Source of the DNA: a cyanobacterium endosymbiont of Braarudosphaera bigelowii
GTDB lineage: Bacteria; Cyanobacteriota; Cyanobacteriia; Cyanobacteriales; Microcystaceae
Assembly: GCF_020885515.1 (NCBI RefSeq)
Contig: NZ_AP024987.1
Coordinates: 300,001 to 332,000, forward strand
Length of the DNA: 32,000 nucleotides
Reading direction: 5' to 3'
Each line of letters opens with the position of its first letter. The first letter of the stretch is position 1. A model generated the notes under the pieces. That model had not been told where the DNA came from and did no database searches. It saw nothing but the letters and a program-made list of their open reading frames with translations. The translations under genes and the position numbers were made by a program. Shown here piece after piece: positions 1 to 10,735 of this stretch.

Positions 1-174
1 AATCAATTTTTAATATAGATTACTAATTAATAGTATCCATTTAGTCTAAATTATAGTCAGAATATATTATGTTTTTGTATATCAGTTTTTCTTTATATAG
101 TTATTTTGCAATTGATTACAATCACACAAAAAATTAGTTCAGTAATTAAATTTTTTATAGAGTTAATATCTAAT

Positions 175-633
175 ATGCATCATGTATCCATTCGTACAGC
201 TAATATCCAGAAAGCAATAGCTTTTTATGAAGTTTTAGGCTTTACTATCGAAAATCGTTTTGTTATAGATTATACCTTAGCATGTTGGATGGAAGGCTTA
301 GGAGGGAGAATTGAATTGATTGAAATTCCTGAACCTAAGGCAACTCAAAATATTTTTGAAGATAATCATTATATTGGTTATTATCATATATCTTTTAACT
401 TGACCCACTATACTTCTGATCTATCTATATGGTTGGATCAGTTAAAAATTAATTTTTCTCAATACGCTCAAGAGAATCTTGATAATTGTTCATATCCAAT
501 AATTTTACTTGAACCTCATAAACAAGTTATTGGCGATAAACTTTATGAAATAGCATTTATCCAAGATCAGGATGGATTGCCACTAGAATTTATTCGAATT
601 TTAGAGAATAGTAAGCAGACTTTTAGCTGTTAA
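175..633 (+). CDS. VOC/glyoxalase-fold family protein
   Basis: ORF 106..633; the internal ATG at 175 (MHHVSIRTANIQKAIAFYEVLGF) matches the usual VOC domain start better than the ORF start at 106. C-terminal 'DQDGLPLEFI' is the typical metal-ligand strand. Confidence 0.8.
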   Translation: MHHVSIRTANIQKAIAFYEVLGFTIENRFVIDYTLACWMEGLGGRIELIEIPEPKATQNIFEDNHYIGYYHISFNLTHYTSDLSIWLDQLKINFSQYAQENLDNCSYPIILLEPHKQVIGDKLYEIAFIQDQDGLPLEFIRILENSKQTFSC

Positions 634-704
634 ATACTATTTTTAATCTAATTACTTTTTTACATAGGAGATATATTGCAAAACTTATCTTTCCTAACAA
701 TATG

Positions 705-757
705 AAAATACTATCAAATTATTCTTGTGTAAACAAAAATCTATTTGATAGTATTTT
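705..757. terminator. Hairpin between convergent VOC gene and ctaE; candidate bidirectional terminator
   Basis: AAAATACTATCAAAT (705-719) and its exact reverse complement ATTTGATAGTATTTT (743-757): 15 bp perfect stem, 23-nt loop, 10 nt past the minus-strand ctaE stop. Confidence 0.6.
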
Positions 758-766
758 AAACGAAAT

Positions 767-1354
767 TTAAAGTAAATAAACTAATACAAAAAGGACAATC
801 CAAACTACATCGACAAAGTGCCAATAAATTTCTGCTGCTTCAACACCAAAATGAGATTCACTTGTATAGTGTCCTTCTTTAGAAGAGCGCCATAGAACTG
901 CTAATATTAATAAGAGTCCGAAAGATACATGTAATCCATGGAACCCTGTTAAAACATAAAAACAGCTAGCAAATAAATTTGTAGTTAGTCCCATTTCCAA
1001 GTGAAAATACTCATACATTTGACCGGCAAGAAAGATAAAACCCATTAAAGCCGTTATTCCGAACCAAAGCTTTAGTCCGGAAACATCGTTTTTCTTGATA
1101 GCAGCCTGTCCTTTATGCATAACAAAACTACTAGAAATTAAAATAATGGTATTAATTCCAGGTAACAGTAGTTCTAGCTCTGGCGTTCCTGTCGGTGGCC
1201 AAATAGGCATTACAGTCTTGTAGACTAAAAACGCACTAAATAGCCCTAGAAAAATAGAACTTTCTGCTATTAAGAATAAGACTAAACCGAATAACCTATG
1301 ATCATGATGAACATGATTAGTCTCATGAGATTTTTGAATTGCTGAACCTTGCAT
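767..1354 (-). CDS. ctaE: Cytochrome c oxidase subunit III
   Basis: 195 aa, multiple TM segments, 'FYVLTGFHGLHVSFGLLL' and 'EIYWHFVDVVWIVLFVLVYLL' typical of subunit III; downstream of ctaD. Confidence 0.95.
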   Translation of the reverse strand: MQGSAIQKSHETNHVHHDHRLFGLVLFLIAESSIFLGLFSAFLVYKTVMPIWPPTGTPELELLLPGINTIILISSSFVMHKGQAAIKKNDVSGLKLWFGITALMGFIFLAGQMYEYFHLEMGLTTNLFASCFYVLTGFHGLHVSFGLLLILAVLWRSSKEGHYTSESHFGVEAAEIYWHFVDVVWIVLFVLVYLL

Positions 1355-1474
1355 AACAAATTAAATGTTGAAATGATTTAATGAAGAGTATAAACAAATG
1401 GGAAATGGCAAAGTTATGTTGCTTTACTACATTTCCCTATGGGCTATCTTTCCTGGGAAAGATAGAAATACGAC

Positions 1475-3142
1475 TTATTTAGAGTTAGAACCTGTTTCAG
1501 TTAGGGTATCTCCAAAAACCTTCTCAAAATCGAATTCTTCAGAGTTTAATCCATAATCATATGGACCTGCCCATAGGACTGGTTTTCCATCAAAATTTTC
1601 AATTGCTGGGGGAGATGATGTTTGCCATTCTAAAGTATACGCTCTCCAAGGATTACGGCTAACTTTTTCACCGTTAAACAGACTGAGGAATACATTTATA
1701 ATGAAAGGTAAAGTTGATAAACCAAGTATATAAGCCCCTATAGTCGCAATTTGATTCAACGGCTGAAATTGAACATCGTATAGTGCTATACGGCGATTCA
1801 TTCCTAATAATCCTAATTCATGCATTGGCATGAATGATATATTTAATCCGATAAATAATAAAGCACAATGAGCTTTTCCAAGTGCATCATTAAACATCCT
1901 ACCTGTCATTTTTGGAAACCAATGGTAGAATCCTGCAAACAATCCCATGGATGCTCCACCAAAAAGAACATAGTGAAAGTGAGCTACTACAAAATAGGTA
2001 TCATGAACATGAATATCAAAGGGAACCGAAGATAACATAACTCCAGTCAATCCACCCATTGTGAAAATAGTAAGAAAGCCTACTCCAAAGAAGAAAGGAG
2101 TATTTAGGTTAATTTTTCCTCCCCAAATCGTTGCACACCAACCAAATACTTTGATACCTGTAGGGATAGCAATTAGCATTGTAGCAGCCATGAAAAATAT
2201 TCTTAACCATCCAGGTATTCCACTGGTAAACATATGGTGTGCCCAAACAATTAAACCAAGAAAACTAATTCCTAGACTAGAATAGGCAATAGCACGGTAA
2301 CCAAAAATAGGTTTTCTTACATGTACAGGTAGAACTTCAGAAATAACCCCAAAAAAGGGCAAAATCATAATATAAACTGCTGGGTGAGAATAAAACCAAA
2401 ACATGTGTTGGTAAAGTACTGGATCACCACCACCTGCAGGATTGAAAAAACTAGTTCCAGCAATTAAATCAAAAGATAAAAGAACTAATGCTGCCGCCAA
2501 TACAGGAGTAGATAATAAGATCAAAGTAGAGGTTGCTAGCATAGACCAACAAAACAGTGGCATGCTATGCAAATCCATTTCTTTGATTCGCATTTTTAAT
2601 ATAGTAGTTAGAAAATTTATGGATCCTAAAATCGAAGAAGTTCCTATTAGTAGAACACTTAAGATCCAGATTTCTTCACCCCATATTCCACTCACTAAAC
2701 TTAAAGGTGGATAGGAAGTCCATCCAGCTTGTGCAGCTCCACCATCAACAAAAAAGCTTAGTAATAGTAAGAGGCCTCCTGGTGGTGTTAACCAAAAAGC
2801 TACTGCATTAAGAGTAGGAAAGGCCATATCTTCAGTCCCAACCATTAAAGGGATTAAGTAATTGGCAAAAGCTGCTCCTGCAGGTACGATCCACAAAAAG
2901 ATCATAATTGTGCCATGCATAGTCAAAACCTGATTGTACAAGAAAGGAGTTACAAAATCAGGGTCAGGAGTAGCTAATTCTATTCTAAGAACTTCAGCAA
3001 GAGCTCCACCTATAAAATAAAAAAGAAAGGATGTGACTAGATACTGAATTCCAATAACCTTATGGTCTGTACAAAAGGTAAAGTAATCTGTCCATTTCCT
3101 TTGTTGATGTTCTGTTTGGGTTGATTCGATGATGGTTGTCAT
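1475..3142 (-). CDS. ctaD: Cytochrome c oxidase subunit I
   Basis: 555 aa; 'MHGTIMIFLWIVP', 'FWFYSHPAVYIMILP', 'HDTYFVVAHFHYVLFGG' heme/CuB ligand motifs. Confidence 0.97.
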   Translation of the reverse strand: MTTIIESTQTEHQQRKWTDYFTFCTDHKVIGIQYLVTSFLFYFIGGALAEVLRIELATPDPDFVTPFLYNQVLTMHGTIMIFLWIVPAGAAFANYLIPLMVGTEDMAFPTLNAVAFWLTPPGGLLLLLSFFVDGGAAQAGWTSYPPLSLVSGIWGEEIWILSVLLIGTSSILGSINFLTTILKMRIKEMDLHSMPLFCWSMLATSTLILLSTPVLAAALVLLSFDLIAGTSFFNPAGGGDPVLYQHMFWFYSHPAVYIMILPFFGVISEVLPVHVRKPIFGYRAIAYSSLGISFLGLIVWAHHMFTSGIPGWLRIFFMAATMLIAIPTGIKVFGWCATIWGGKINLNTPFFFGVGFLTIFTMGGLTGVMLSSVPFDIHVHDTYFVVAHFHYVLFGGASMGLFAGFYHWFPKMTGRMFNDALGKAHCALLFIGLNISFMPMHELGLLGMNRRIALYDVQFQPLNQIATIGAYILGLSTLPFIINVFLSLFNGEKVSRNPWRAYTLEWQTSSPPAIENFDGKPVLWAGPYDYGLNSEEFDFEKVFGDTLTETGSNSK

Positions 3143-3216
3143 AGAATTTTAATCAATAAATTAAGCTAAACCTAGATAAAGGATTACAAATAAGATTCCG
3201 AGTCAAGATTTTAATC

Positions 3217-4155
3217 TTAAGAGTCGTGATGAGGATAATTATTAGGCAGCTCAGCCACAGTATCTTTCTCTGTACCCATATTCTCAATATAGGGAGTTAG
3301 GAATTTTTCGTTAGAAGAATTATTATCAACAGTTAAAGTTTTTTCAAGATGCGCTTCTTGAATAGGTTTATTGGATTTTAACCATTCATCATAAGAATCT
3401 TGGCTATCAACATGAAGAACAGATTTCATTCCTCCATGATAAGGGCCACATAATTCTGCACAAACAATAGGATAATCTCCTTCAACTGTAGGAATAAAAG
3501 AAATAATACTTTTACGTCCTGGAATAGTATCTTGTTTTAAACGTAGCTGAGGTACCCAAAAAGCATGAAGTACATCTTTTGCAGTCATATCAAGTTGAAC
3601 TGGACGATTATTAGGAACATGAAGTTCACCAGATACAATACCTGTTTCTGGATATGTAAAGAGCCAAGCATATTGCATGGCTTGGACATCTACAGATAAA
3701 ACATCTTTTCCAAATGATTTTCCAATTCCTAAAGCTATTTGATCATCATGACTATTTATTGCTATTTGTTGAGGAGGAGAATCTTTAGTATTAACAGGAT
3801 CTAGTCCTCCAAGCTTGTTATAAGTTTGAAAACTATAAAAAGCAAGAACAAAAACGATCATTACAGGAATAGCTGTCCATACTACTTCTAAAGCGACATT
3901 TCCTTCAATATGAGGTCCATCACTAGTATCTCCTTTCCGACGACGAAATTTGAAAAGACTATAAACTAAAGACCCTTCCACCAAAAGGAAAAGTCCTGTA
4001 GCGATAGTCATCATAAAATTAAATAATTTATCCACTTCTTCTGCGTTTTCAGAAGCGGCTACTGGCATTAATCCATGATTTTGGCCATACCAGAGACTGA
4101 TTAATGTGATAAGAACACCAGCTATAAGGGTGATAATACTACTTGGGATGTTCAC
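3217..4155 (-). CDS. ctaC: Cytochrome c oxidase subunit II (GTG start)
   Basis: 312 aa; intact CuA motif 'CAELCGPYHGGM'; two N-terminal TM segments; first gene of ctaC-ctaD-ctaE. The start codon at 4153-4155 reads GTG on the minus strand. Confidence 0.95.
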   Translation of the reverse strand: MNIPSSIITLIAGVLITLISLWYGQNHGLMPVAASENAEEVDKLFNFMMTIATGLFLLVEGSLVYSLFKFRRRKGDTSDGPHIEGNVALEVVWTAIPVMIVFVLAFYSFQTYNKLGGLDPVNTKDSPPQQIAINSHDDQIALGIGKSFGKDVLSVDVQAMQYAWLFTYPETGIVSGELHVPNNRPVQLDMTAKDVLHAFWVPQLRLKQDTIPGRKSIISFIPTVEGDYPIVCAELCGPYHGGMKSVLHVDSQDSYDEWLKSNKPIQEAHLEKTLTVDNNSSNEKFLTPYIENMGTEKDTVAELPNNYPHHDS

Positions 4156-4433
4156 GGCTATTAAATAAATTAGACGATTACCTATTTAATAACATTAAAG
4201 CTAAGTCTCTAAAAAAATTGGTTTTTTATAACAGATCTATTAATCTTTTTTATTTCTTTAGGATCCAATTAAGTTATGACCCATATGATTTAGGAAGATA
4301 CAACTAAAAATAAATACTAAATTTTTCTGCGAAAGAATTTTAGATAAATATTTTATATATTATATTCTATGATTAAGTAGCAAAGAAAAATCTTCCATTA
4401 GAATCAAAGTATTAAATTTGTTTTAAAAAATTA

Positions 4434-4465
4434 AAAGTAATATTAGCTGTAGCTAATATTACTTT
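4434..4465. repeat. Perfect 15+15 nt inverted repeat upstream of 4524 gene
   Basis: AAAGTAATATTAGCT GT AGCTAATATTACTTT; arms 4434-4448 and 4451-4465 are exact reverse complements. Confidence 0.8.
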
Positions 4466-4523
4466 AGAATATAATTTAATTAATTCGAAAGATTTTTCAT
4501 TTATTGTCTTCATTATTTGGAAC

Positions 4524-5288
4524 ATGGAAACTCAACAACATAAATTTAACTTAATTACTAATGTCACTGGAGAGCCTTACCAACCAACCAGACTTTACTA
4601 TAATATATCCAATAAGGAATCAGTTTTAAATATTTTTCGTAAATTACAATGTATAGAGTTCGATCCTTCAAGTGATCGCTGGTATTGGTTTTATTCTGAA
4701 GAAGCAAAAAAAATTCGATTTGAAAAATCTTATAATAAAATTTCTAAAGAAAGTGGCAATATTTCTTTGGGGTACTTTATTTTTCTTGATAATCAAACAA
4801 TGATTCTAGAGGCTCGTTCTTTCCAAAGAATATTGGCAGCGATAAATTTTTTTAAAACTAGACTTAATTGGCGTATAGCAGAACCAGTTAAATTGCGTTT
4901 AATTAATAAATTATTTAGCTGTTCGCCTGAAGAAAAACCTGAACCTCCCAGTTCTTTTGCGGAATTTTTTGATCAAGATAATAAAAATATCGTTACACAT
5001 AATCCTGAAGACTTAGCTAAAGAAATAGAACTTATAAGTAGTCAACATAAAACTGAAACAGAAAAAGATGAAGCAATAGCTAGTTATATGGCAAATAAAT
5101 CTAAACGTCCTCTATCTGAAATTGAAGAAATTACCGTTAGTGTCCATGATCATGGATTATCAATTTTAGAAATGGCATTGAAAATGAGACAAATTGAAGC
5201 TTGGGAACATTGGCAAGGAAATGAACATTTTACTCAACATGATTTAATTCAAAAGATACTTGAAAATATACCAGACCATACTTCTTAA
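4524..5288 (+). CDS. Conserved hypothetical protein, cyanobacterial type
   Basis: 254-aa ORF with normal composition, no strong antisense competitor, in a plausible gene position. Family not identified from sequence. Confidence 0.75.
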   Translation: METQQHKFNLITNVTGEPYQPTRLYYNISNKESVLNIFRKLQCIEFDPSSDRWYWFYSEEAKKIRFEKSYNKISKESGNISLGYFIFLDNQTMILEARSFQRILAAINFFKTRLNWRIAEPVKLRLINKLFSCSPEEKPEPPSSFAEFFDQDNKNIVTHNPEDLAKEIELISSQHKTETEKDEAIASYMANKSKRPLSEIEEITVSVHDHGLSILEMALKMRQIEAWEHWQGNEHFTQHDLIQKILENIPDHTS

Positions 5289-5524
5289 AGATTGATAACA
5301 GATTTAAGTTTTCATTTTTTTAAACTACTACATAGTTTTATTAATATCTATTTACTAATATTGTAAATAGTTTTAACTTTTCATCATCACGCAGGTATAT
5401 TAATCATGTCATAACAAAAAAATCATTATTTTAGGAAAAAATGATGATTTTAATCATCAACGACTAGGTCGTTTCTATTTTGGTTAATACTAAAGTTCAA
5501 AACAATAAATCATAATCTCAATAT

Positions 5525-6880
5525 ATGAGTCAACAAAATAATCTTATTAAGCTAAATATAGTTGACATAAATGATAATGGAGAAGGTGTAGGTAAATTTG
5601 AAGAAAAAATTATTTTCGTTCCTGATACAGTTACAGGAGATGTTGTTTTAGTATCTCTAAATTTTATTAAACGACAATATGCATATGGAAAAGTAAAAGA
5701 AATTATTCATTCTTCTCCCTATAGAGTTCGTCCAAATTGTATCGTTTCAGATAAATGCGGTGGCTGCCAATGGCAACATATTTCTCCTGAATATCAGCTT
5801 CATATCAAACAGAATAAGATTGTTCAGTCCTTACGAAGAATAGGTAGATTTAAAGATATTTCCGTTCTACCAATCTTATCGTCATCAGAAATATTTGGTT
5901 ATCGAAATAAAGCTACTTACCCTCTAAGTTATTCAAAATCTGGAAATGTGCATGCAGGATATTACCAACGCCATACCCATAAGTTAATTAATATTAATCA
6001 ATGTCCAATACAAGATTCTCGATTAAATTCCTTTTTAGCTGAAATTAAATTAGATATAGAAAAGCAGAGATGGACTATTTATAATGAAAAGACTTATGAG
6101 GGACAACTGCGTCATTTAGCTTTGCGTATTGGACACAGTACTGGAGAAGTTTTATTGACTCTTGTTAGTACTAGTAGTCATATTAATGAAATCAAAAAAC
6201 AAGCAAACCTATGGCTAGAAAAATATCCAAATTTGATTGGGGTTTTAATAAATCAAAATTCCGAAAAGAGTAATAAAATTTTTGGGGATAAAACTTTTAG
6301 TATTGTTGGAGAACCTTTTTTAAAAGAAAATTTTTTTAACATTGATTTTAAGCTAAGACCTGACACCTTTTTTCAAGTAAATACTCAAAGTGCAGAAACA
6401 CTATTACATTCCTTATTAGATAACTTAATACTAACCGGTAAAGAAAAAATAGTTGATGCTTATTGTGGAATTGGTACTTTTACTTTGCCTCTTGCAAAAA
6501 GAGTTAGCCATGCTACTGGAATTGAAATTAGTTATGATTCTATTGAACAGGCTAAGACTAATGCTAAGGCAAATAACATAGACAATGTAGTATTTTACCA
6601 AGGCGCAGTAAAAGATATATTACCTTCACTAAATATTTCACCTGATATTGTTTTGTTGGATCCTCCTCGAAAAGGTTGTGAAGATGGTGTTATCGAGACA
6701 TTAAGAAGAGTTCGTCCACCTCTGATTATCTATATAAGTTGTCAACCTTCAACGTTAGCTCGTGATTTAAAAAAAATATGCCATCAGAACTTATATAAAA
6801 TCCTATGGATACAACCAGTTGATTTTTTTCCCCAAACACCTCATGTAGAATCAATCGTAGCAATTAGACATATAGTTTAA
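5525..6880 (+). CDS. rlmD: 23S rRNA (uracil-C5)-methyltransferase, RlmD/RumA family
   Basis: N-terminal TRAM-like region, Fe-S cysteines 'CIVSDKCGGCQW', SAM motif 'VVDAYCGIGTFTLPLA', 'LLDPPRKGC', 'YISCQPSTLARDL'. Confidence 0.93.
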   Translation: MSQQNNLIKLNIVDINDNGEGVGKFEEKIIFVPDTVTGDVVLVSLNFIKRQYAYGKVKEIIHSSPYRVRPNCIVSDKCGGCQWQHISPEYQLHIKQNKIVQSLRRIGRFKDISVLPILSSSEIFGYRNKATYPLSYSKSGNVHAGYYQRHTHKLININQCPIQDSRLNSFLAEIKLDIEKQRWTIYNEKTYEGQLRHLALRIGHSTGEVLLTLVSTSSHINEIKKQANLWLEKYPNLIGVLINQNSEKSNKIFGDKTFSIVGEPFLKENFFNIDFKLRPDTFFQVNTQSAETLLHSLLDNLILTGKEKIVDAYCGIGTFTLPLAKRVSHATGIEISYDSIEQAKTNAKANNIDNVVFYQGAVKDILPSLNISPDIVLLDPPRKGCEDGVIETLRRVRPPLIIYISCQPSTLARDLKKICHQNLYKILWIQPVDFFPQTPHVESIVAIRHIV

Positions 6881-6934
6881 TATAATGTTACATTAAGTAA
6901 AATCAGCTTAATAATATTTCTCATATATTAAAAC

Positions 6935-6979
6935 TTATCATTAGATTCGTCATATGAAACATTCGCGAATCTAAGATAA
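6935..6979. terminator. Imperfect hairpin downstream of rlmD, possible terminator
   Basis: TTATC-A-TTAGATTCG / CGAATCTAA-GATAA: 14 bp with one bulged A, about 55 nt after the rlmD stop; no clear T tract. Confidence 0.3.
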
Positions 6980-7059
6980 ATAAAGTAGATAATTGCTGAA
7001 AACATTGCGATTAGCTAAAGGTTAAATTTCGTAACATATTGTTCAAGAGGTGACAGCAG

Positions 7060-7551
7060 ATGGTTGCTATTTCCCTACCGCCAACAAAGCGATATGGTCG
7101 TACAATGAGCTTCACATCAACGTTATATCTATTTCCAATTCTTGATTTATTGTTAACTGAAGTTCCAGACGAATTGAGACCAGAAATAAGATTAGGCTTA
7201 CAAGAAGCACTTGTTAATGCAGCGAAGCATGGTAACAAGCTTGATCCATCAAAATTTGTTGTTGTTCAGTTTTTCATAAATGAAAATGATGGATATTCAT
7301 GGATAATAGCGGATCAAGGAGTAGGATTTACTTCCCATAATAATTACAAAAAATGTGCTAACAAAGGATTTCCTTCTGATGATTCTGAAAATGGTAGAGG
7401 TTTTTATGTACTTAATGAGATTTTTGATCAAGTTCATTGGGATCAAAAGAAAACTCAATTAAGATTGTCTAAGCATATTAAAAAATTTAAAACAACAACT
7501 TTTTCTTTTTTTACGTTGTTTGTAAGTGGCTTTAAATTGAGGATTTATTAA
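7060..7551 (+). CDS. RsbW-like anti-sigma regulatory factor / serine-protein kinase (HATPase_c)
   Basis: 163 aa; N box 'LQEALVNAAKHGN', G box 'IADQGVGF', 'DDSENGRGFYVLNEIFD'. Confidence 0.85.
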   Translation: MVAISLPPTKRYGRTMSFTSTLYLFPILDLLLTEVPDELRPEIRLGLQEALVNAAKHGNKLDPSKFVVVQFFINENDGYSWIIADQGVGFTSHNNYKKCANKGFPSDDSENGRGFYVLNEIFDQVHWDQKKTQLRLSKHIKKFKTTTFSFFTLFVSGFKLRIY

Positions 7552-7736
7552 TTTAAAAAAATATTAGACTATTAATATAAATTAAATGGATATATCGAAT
7601 ATTGTAATTTATTAATCTAATACCTACAAACTAATTATTATTGATAAAAAAATTACCTAAATGTGAAACTTAATTCATGATATTCATACGTTACAATAAA
7701 GTGATATTAAATTTAAAGATAAATAAAACTAGTTAA

Positions 7737-8729
7737 GTGGCAAAAATATTAGTAACGGGAGCAGCTGGTTTCATTGGATTTCATTTAAGTCAATATCTTC
7801 TAAAAAATGATAATAACATTATTATTGGTATTGATAACTTGAATTCTTATTACGAAGTTTCACTTAAAAAAGCACGTCTTAATCAACTGAAAACCGAGAA
7901 GAATTTTACTTTTTGTTTGGTAGATATAGCTAATCAAAAGCATATTTCTCAAATATTTGCTGAGCATAAATTTGATTATGTTGTCCATTTGGCTGCTCAA
8001 GCTGGCGTTCGTTATTCCATAGAAAATCCATATACTTATGTCGATAGTAATTTAACTGGTTTTATTAATATCCTAGAAAGCTGTCGCCACGGAGATATAA
8101 AACATTTAGTTTATGCCTCATCTAGTTCTGTGTATGGGGCTAATACAAAAATTCCTTTTTCTGTTTCAGACAATGTTGATCATCCTCTAAGTTTATATGC
8201 AGCTACAAAAAAAGCTAACGAATTAATGGCATACACTTATAGTCATTTATATAAGATTCCTACAACAGGATTACGTTTTTTTACAGTTTATGGTCCCTGG
8301 GGAAGACCAGATATGGCGTATTTTTTGTTTACAAAATCAATATTATCAGGCCAACCTATTAACGTTTTCAATCAAGGTAATATGAGAAGAGATTTTACAT
8401 ATATTGAAGATATTGTTGAAGGAGTTACAAAAGTGATATACAAAGTACCTGTAAATTCTAAAGCTAATGGTATAGAACTACAAGTTCCATACAAAATTTA
8501 TAATATTGGAAATAATACACCTGTAGACCTTAAACATTTTATTGAAATACTAGAGAAATGTTTAGGACGTCAAGCTATTAAAAAGTATTTACCAATGCAG
8601 CCAGGAGATGTACCAATTACTTATGCAAATATAGATAATTTAGCGAAAGATATAGGCTTTAAGCCTAGTACTGATTTAACAATAGGTTTAGAAAAATTCG
8701 TAAGTTGGTATCGAGAATATTATAAATAA
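7737..8729 (+). CDS. NAD-dependent sugar-nucleotide epimerase, UDP-glucuronate 4-epimerase-like (GTG start)
   Basis: 330 aa SDR; 'VTGAAGFIGFHL', 'YASSSSVYG', catalytic 'YAATKKANE'; start reads GTG at 7737. Confidence 0.9.
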   Translation: MAKILVTGAAGFIGFHLSQYLLKNDNNIIIGIDNLNSYYEVSLKKARLNQLKTEKNFTFCLVDIANQKHISQIFAEHKFDYVVHLAAQAGVRYSIENPYTYVDSNLTGFINILESCRHGDIKHLVYASSSSVYGANTKIPFSVSDNVDHPLSLYAATKKANELMAYTYSHLYKIPTTGLRFFTVYGPWGRPDMAYFLFTKSILSGQPINVFNQGNMRRDFTYIEDIVEGVTKVIYKVPVNSKANGIELQVPYKIYNIGNNTPVDLKHFIEILEKCLGRQAIKKYLPMQPGDVPITYANIDNLAKDIGFKPSTDLTIGLEKFVSWYREYYK

Positions 8730-8738
8730 TATAAATGA

Positions 8739-9788
8739 TTAATAGGATTTAAGATATTGATAAATAGCTTTAGAAAATTTTTGAATTAATTCCCTACCAG
8801 CCGGATCATCATAGCTTCTTTCTACAAAAATTGCTCCAATATAACGTTTCCCAGTTGGCATGTCAATAATACCTGCATCTGCAATAATAGTGCCAATATC
8901 TCCAGTTTTATGAGCAATACTTGCATTTTTTTCTAATCCTTTTGGCAACAAAGTTTTTGTCTTAGTTTCCCTCATAATATTTAAAAAACGATCACGTGAT
9001 CTTAAACTAATCAAGTCTCCTCTTTCTATTCTTAATAAAAGTTTAGTCAAATCTTCAGGGCTAGTTCTGTTAGTACCGTTTAAATCCGGTAAAGGATTGT
9101 TAATAACTGTTTGTTTCATTCCCCACTTTTTAAAGCGTTCATTTAAAAAAAACTTTCCACCAATTTGTCGTACTAATAATTCAGTAGCTGTATTATCGCT
9201 AATGATAATCATTTTTCTAGCAATTTCTAGAGCAGTAAATTGTTTACCTGCTTGCATATACTGCATATTTCCTGAACCACTAACGATCATCTCTTTATCC
9301 ATAGTTATCATCTGATCAAGAGAAATATCTCCAGCATCAACCTTTTCAAAAAAAGCTATTAGAACAGGAATCTTGATAGTACTAGCTGCAGATATAGATT
9401 TAGTTCCGTTAAAATTAACATAAGTATTACTATCTAAATCAAAAAACCATGCTTTAGGCTGAACATCTGGATACTTTATGTTAATGTCTTCTAACTGCTT
9501 TTTAAGGATAATTAATTCTTGTGGTTTAAATTTTTCATTACTATTGTTAAGTAATTCTTTAGAAGAAAGTAAATTGTTATTGAATTTTTTTGTTGAATAG
9601 AAAGAGGTTTTATATTTAGAATTTAGTATAGGAAGTGTTGTCCCTATAGCTATGCTGATACCAGCCCCAATAATGCTAAGGCGTATAATATATATGAAAA
9701 TCTTACTTAATATGTTAGAGGAAAGTTTTGCAATTAATTTACGGTATTTTGCATGATTCATAAAAACTTTTTTAATCTGTAATTTCAT
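8739..9788 (-). CDS. Class A beta-lactamase-like serine hydrolase
   Basis: 349 aa with N-terminal TM; SxxK 'STIK', 'SDN' in 'IISDNTATELL', 'KTG' in 'HKTGDIG'. Confidence 0.85.
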   Translation of the reverse strand: MKLQIKKVFMNHAKYRKLIAKLSSNILSKIFIYIIRLSIIGAGISIAIGTTLPILNSKYKTSFYSTKKFNNNLLSSKELLNNSNEKFKPQELIILKKQLEDINIKYPDVQPKAWFFDLDSNTYVNFNGTKSISAASTIKIPVLIAFFEKVDAGDISLDQMITMDKEMIVSGSGNMQYMQAGKQFTALEIARKMIIISDNTATELLVRQIGGKFFLNERFKKWGMKQTVINNPLPDLNGTNRTSPEDLTKLLLRIERGDLISLRSRDRFLNIMRETKTKTLLPKGLEKNASIAHKTGDIGTIIADAGIIDMPTGKRYIGAIFVERSYDDPAGRELIQKFSKAIYQYLKSY

Positions 9789-10218
9789 AACATAATTATA
9801 TTCGTATTCAGCTAAGTCATTAAATTAAGATGAAAAAGTTCAAAATAAATTTTATGTATTTAAAAATAATTGATATTACATAGTCGTTTGTAGAATCCTA
9901 AACTATGTAACATTAATTTTCTATGTAAAAGAATTTTTTTCTGTATTAAATTTTTTTAAGTTTATTCTATTTGCACCAAAATTATTTTGAAGAACTAAAG
10001 CCTATTATTATTTACGCGTTTTATGAGTAACATTAATAATATATTTAAACTTTCTATATATTTATAAAATTTATTAGGAATATAATTTGACCTTACTACA
10101 CTACGGCTTATTCAAAATAAATCATAAACTAACTAGAAATTACTTCAATCAAAAAATTCGAAATCTATTTAATTACTACATCAAAAACAAAAATACTAAT
10201 TAATTAAATCCAAGTAAA

Positions 10219-10237
10219 GCCCATATTTATAATGGGC
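10219..10237 (-). terminator. Short hairpin downstream of ndk
   Basis: GCCCAT ATTTATA ATGGGC, 6 bp stem, about 50 nt past the minus-strand ndk stop, followed by TTTAC. Confidence 0.4.
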
Positions 10238-10285
10238 CTAATTACTAATTAGTTAATTTTAAATTAAAACTAAACAAAAGAAAAT

Positions 10286-10735
10286 TTATTCACATAACCA
10301 ACTTTTTAATGTGGGTTCCCAACTAACTAACTCTTTTTCATCAAACCAGAGATTTATTTCTGTTTCGGCAGTTATGATAGCATCAGAGCCGTGAATTAAA
10401 TTTCGACCTACACTTATACCAAAGTCTCCACGAATAGTCCCTGAATCAGCTTCTAAAGGATTCGTCGCTCCAATTATTTTTCTAGAAGATGTCACAACTC
10501 CTTCACCTTCCCATACCATTGCTACAACAGGAGAAGAGCATATAAACTCAACTAAATCTTTAAAGAAGGGACGTTCTTTGTGAATATTATAGTGTTCCTC
10601 GGCTAGCTCTTTACTAACTGACATTAATTTAAGTCCCAGCAAAGTGAATCCTTTAAGTTCAAAACGACTGATAACTTCACTAATCAATTTTCGTTGTACA
10701 CCATCAGGTTTAATCATAATAAATGTACGTTCCAT
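10286..10735 (-). CDS. ndk: Nucleoside diphosphate kinase
   Basis: 149 aa; '[14 protein letters not shown]', active-site 'NLIHGSDA'. Confidence 0.98.
   Translation of the reverse strand: MERTFIMIKPDGVQRKLISEVISRFELKGFTLLGLKLMSVSKELAEEHYNIHKERPFFKDLVEFICSSPVVAMVWEGEGVVTSSRKIIGATNPLEADSGTIRGDFGISVGRNLIHGSDAIITAETEINLWFDEKELVSWEPTLKSWLCE

Noticed and set aside
2061-2714. Plus-strand ORFs 2061..2285 and 2442..2714
   Set aside because: Fully antisense to well-supported ctaD; low-complexity translations with no family features.
5442-5459. TGATGATTTTAATCATCA palindrome before rlmD
   Set aside because: 8-bp arms only, no T tract; too weak to call in this AT-rich background.
7011-7238. Minus-strand 75-aa ORF
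   Set aside because: Mostly antisense to the RsbW-like gene; no recognisable motif.
9097-9315. Plus-strand 72-aa ORF
   Set aside because: Antisense to the beta-lactamase-like gene; hydrophobic shadow ORF.
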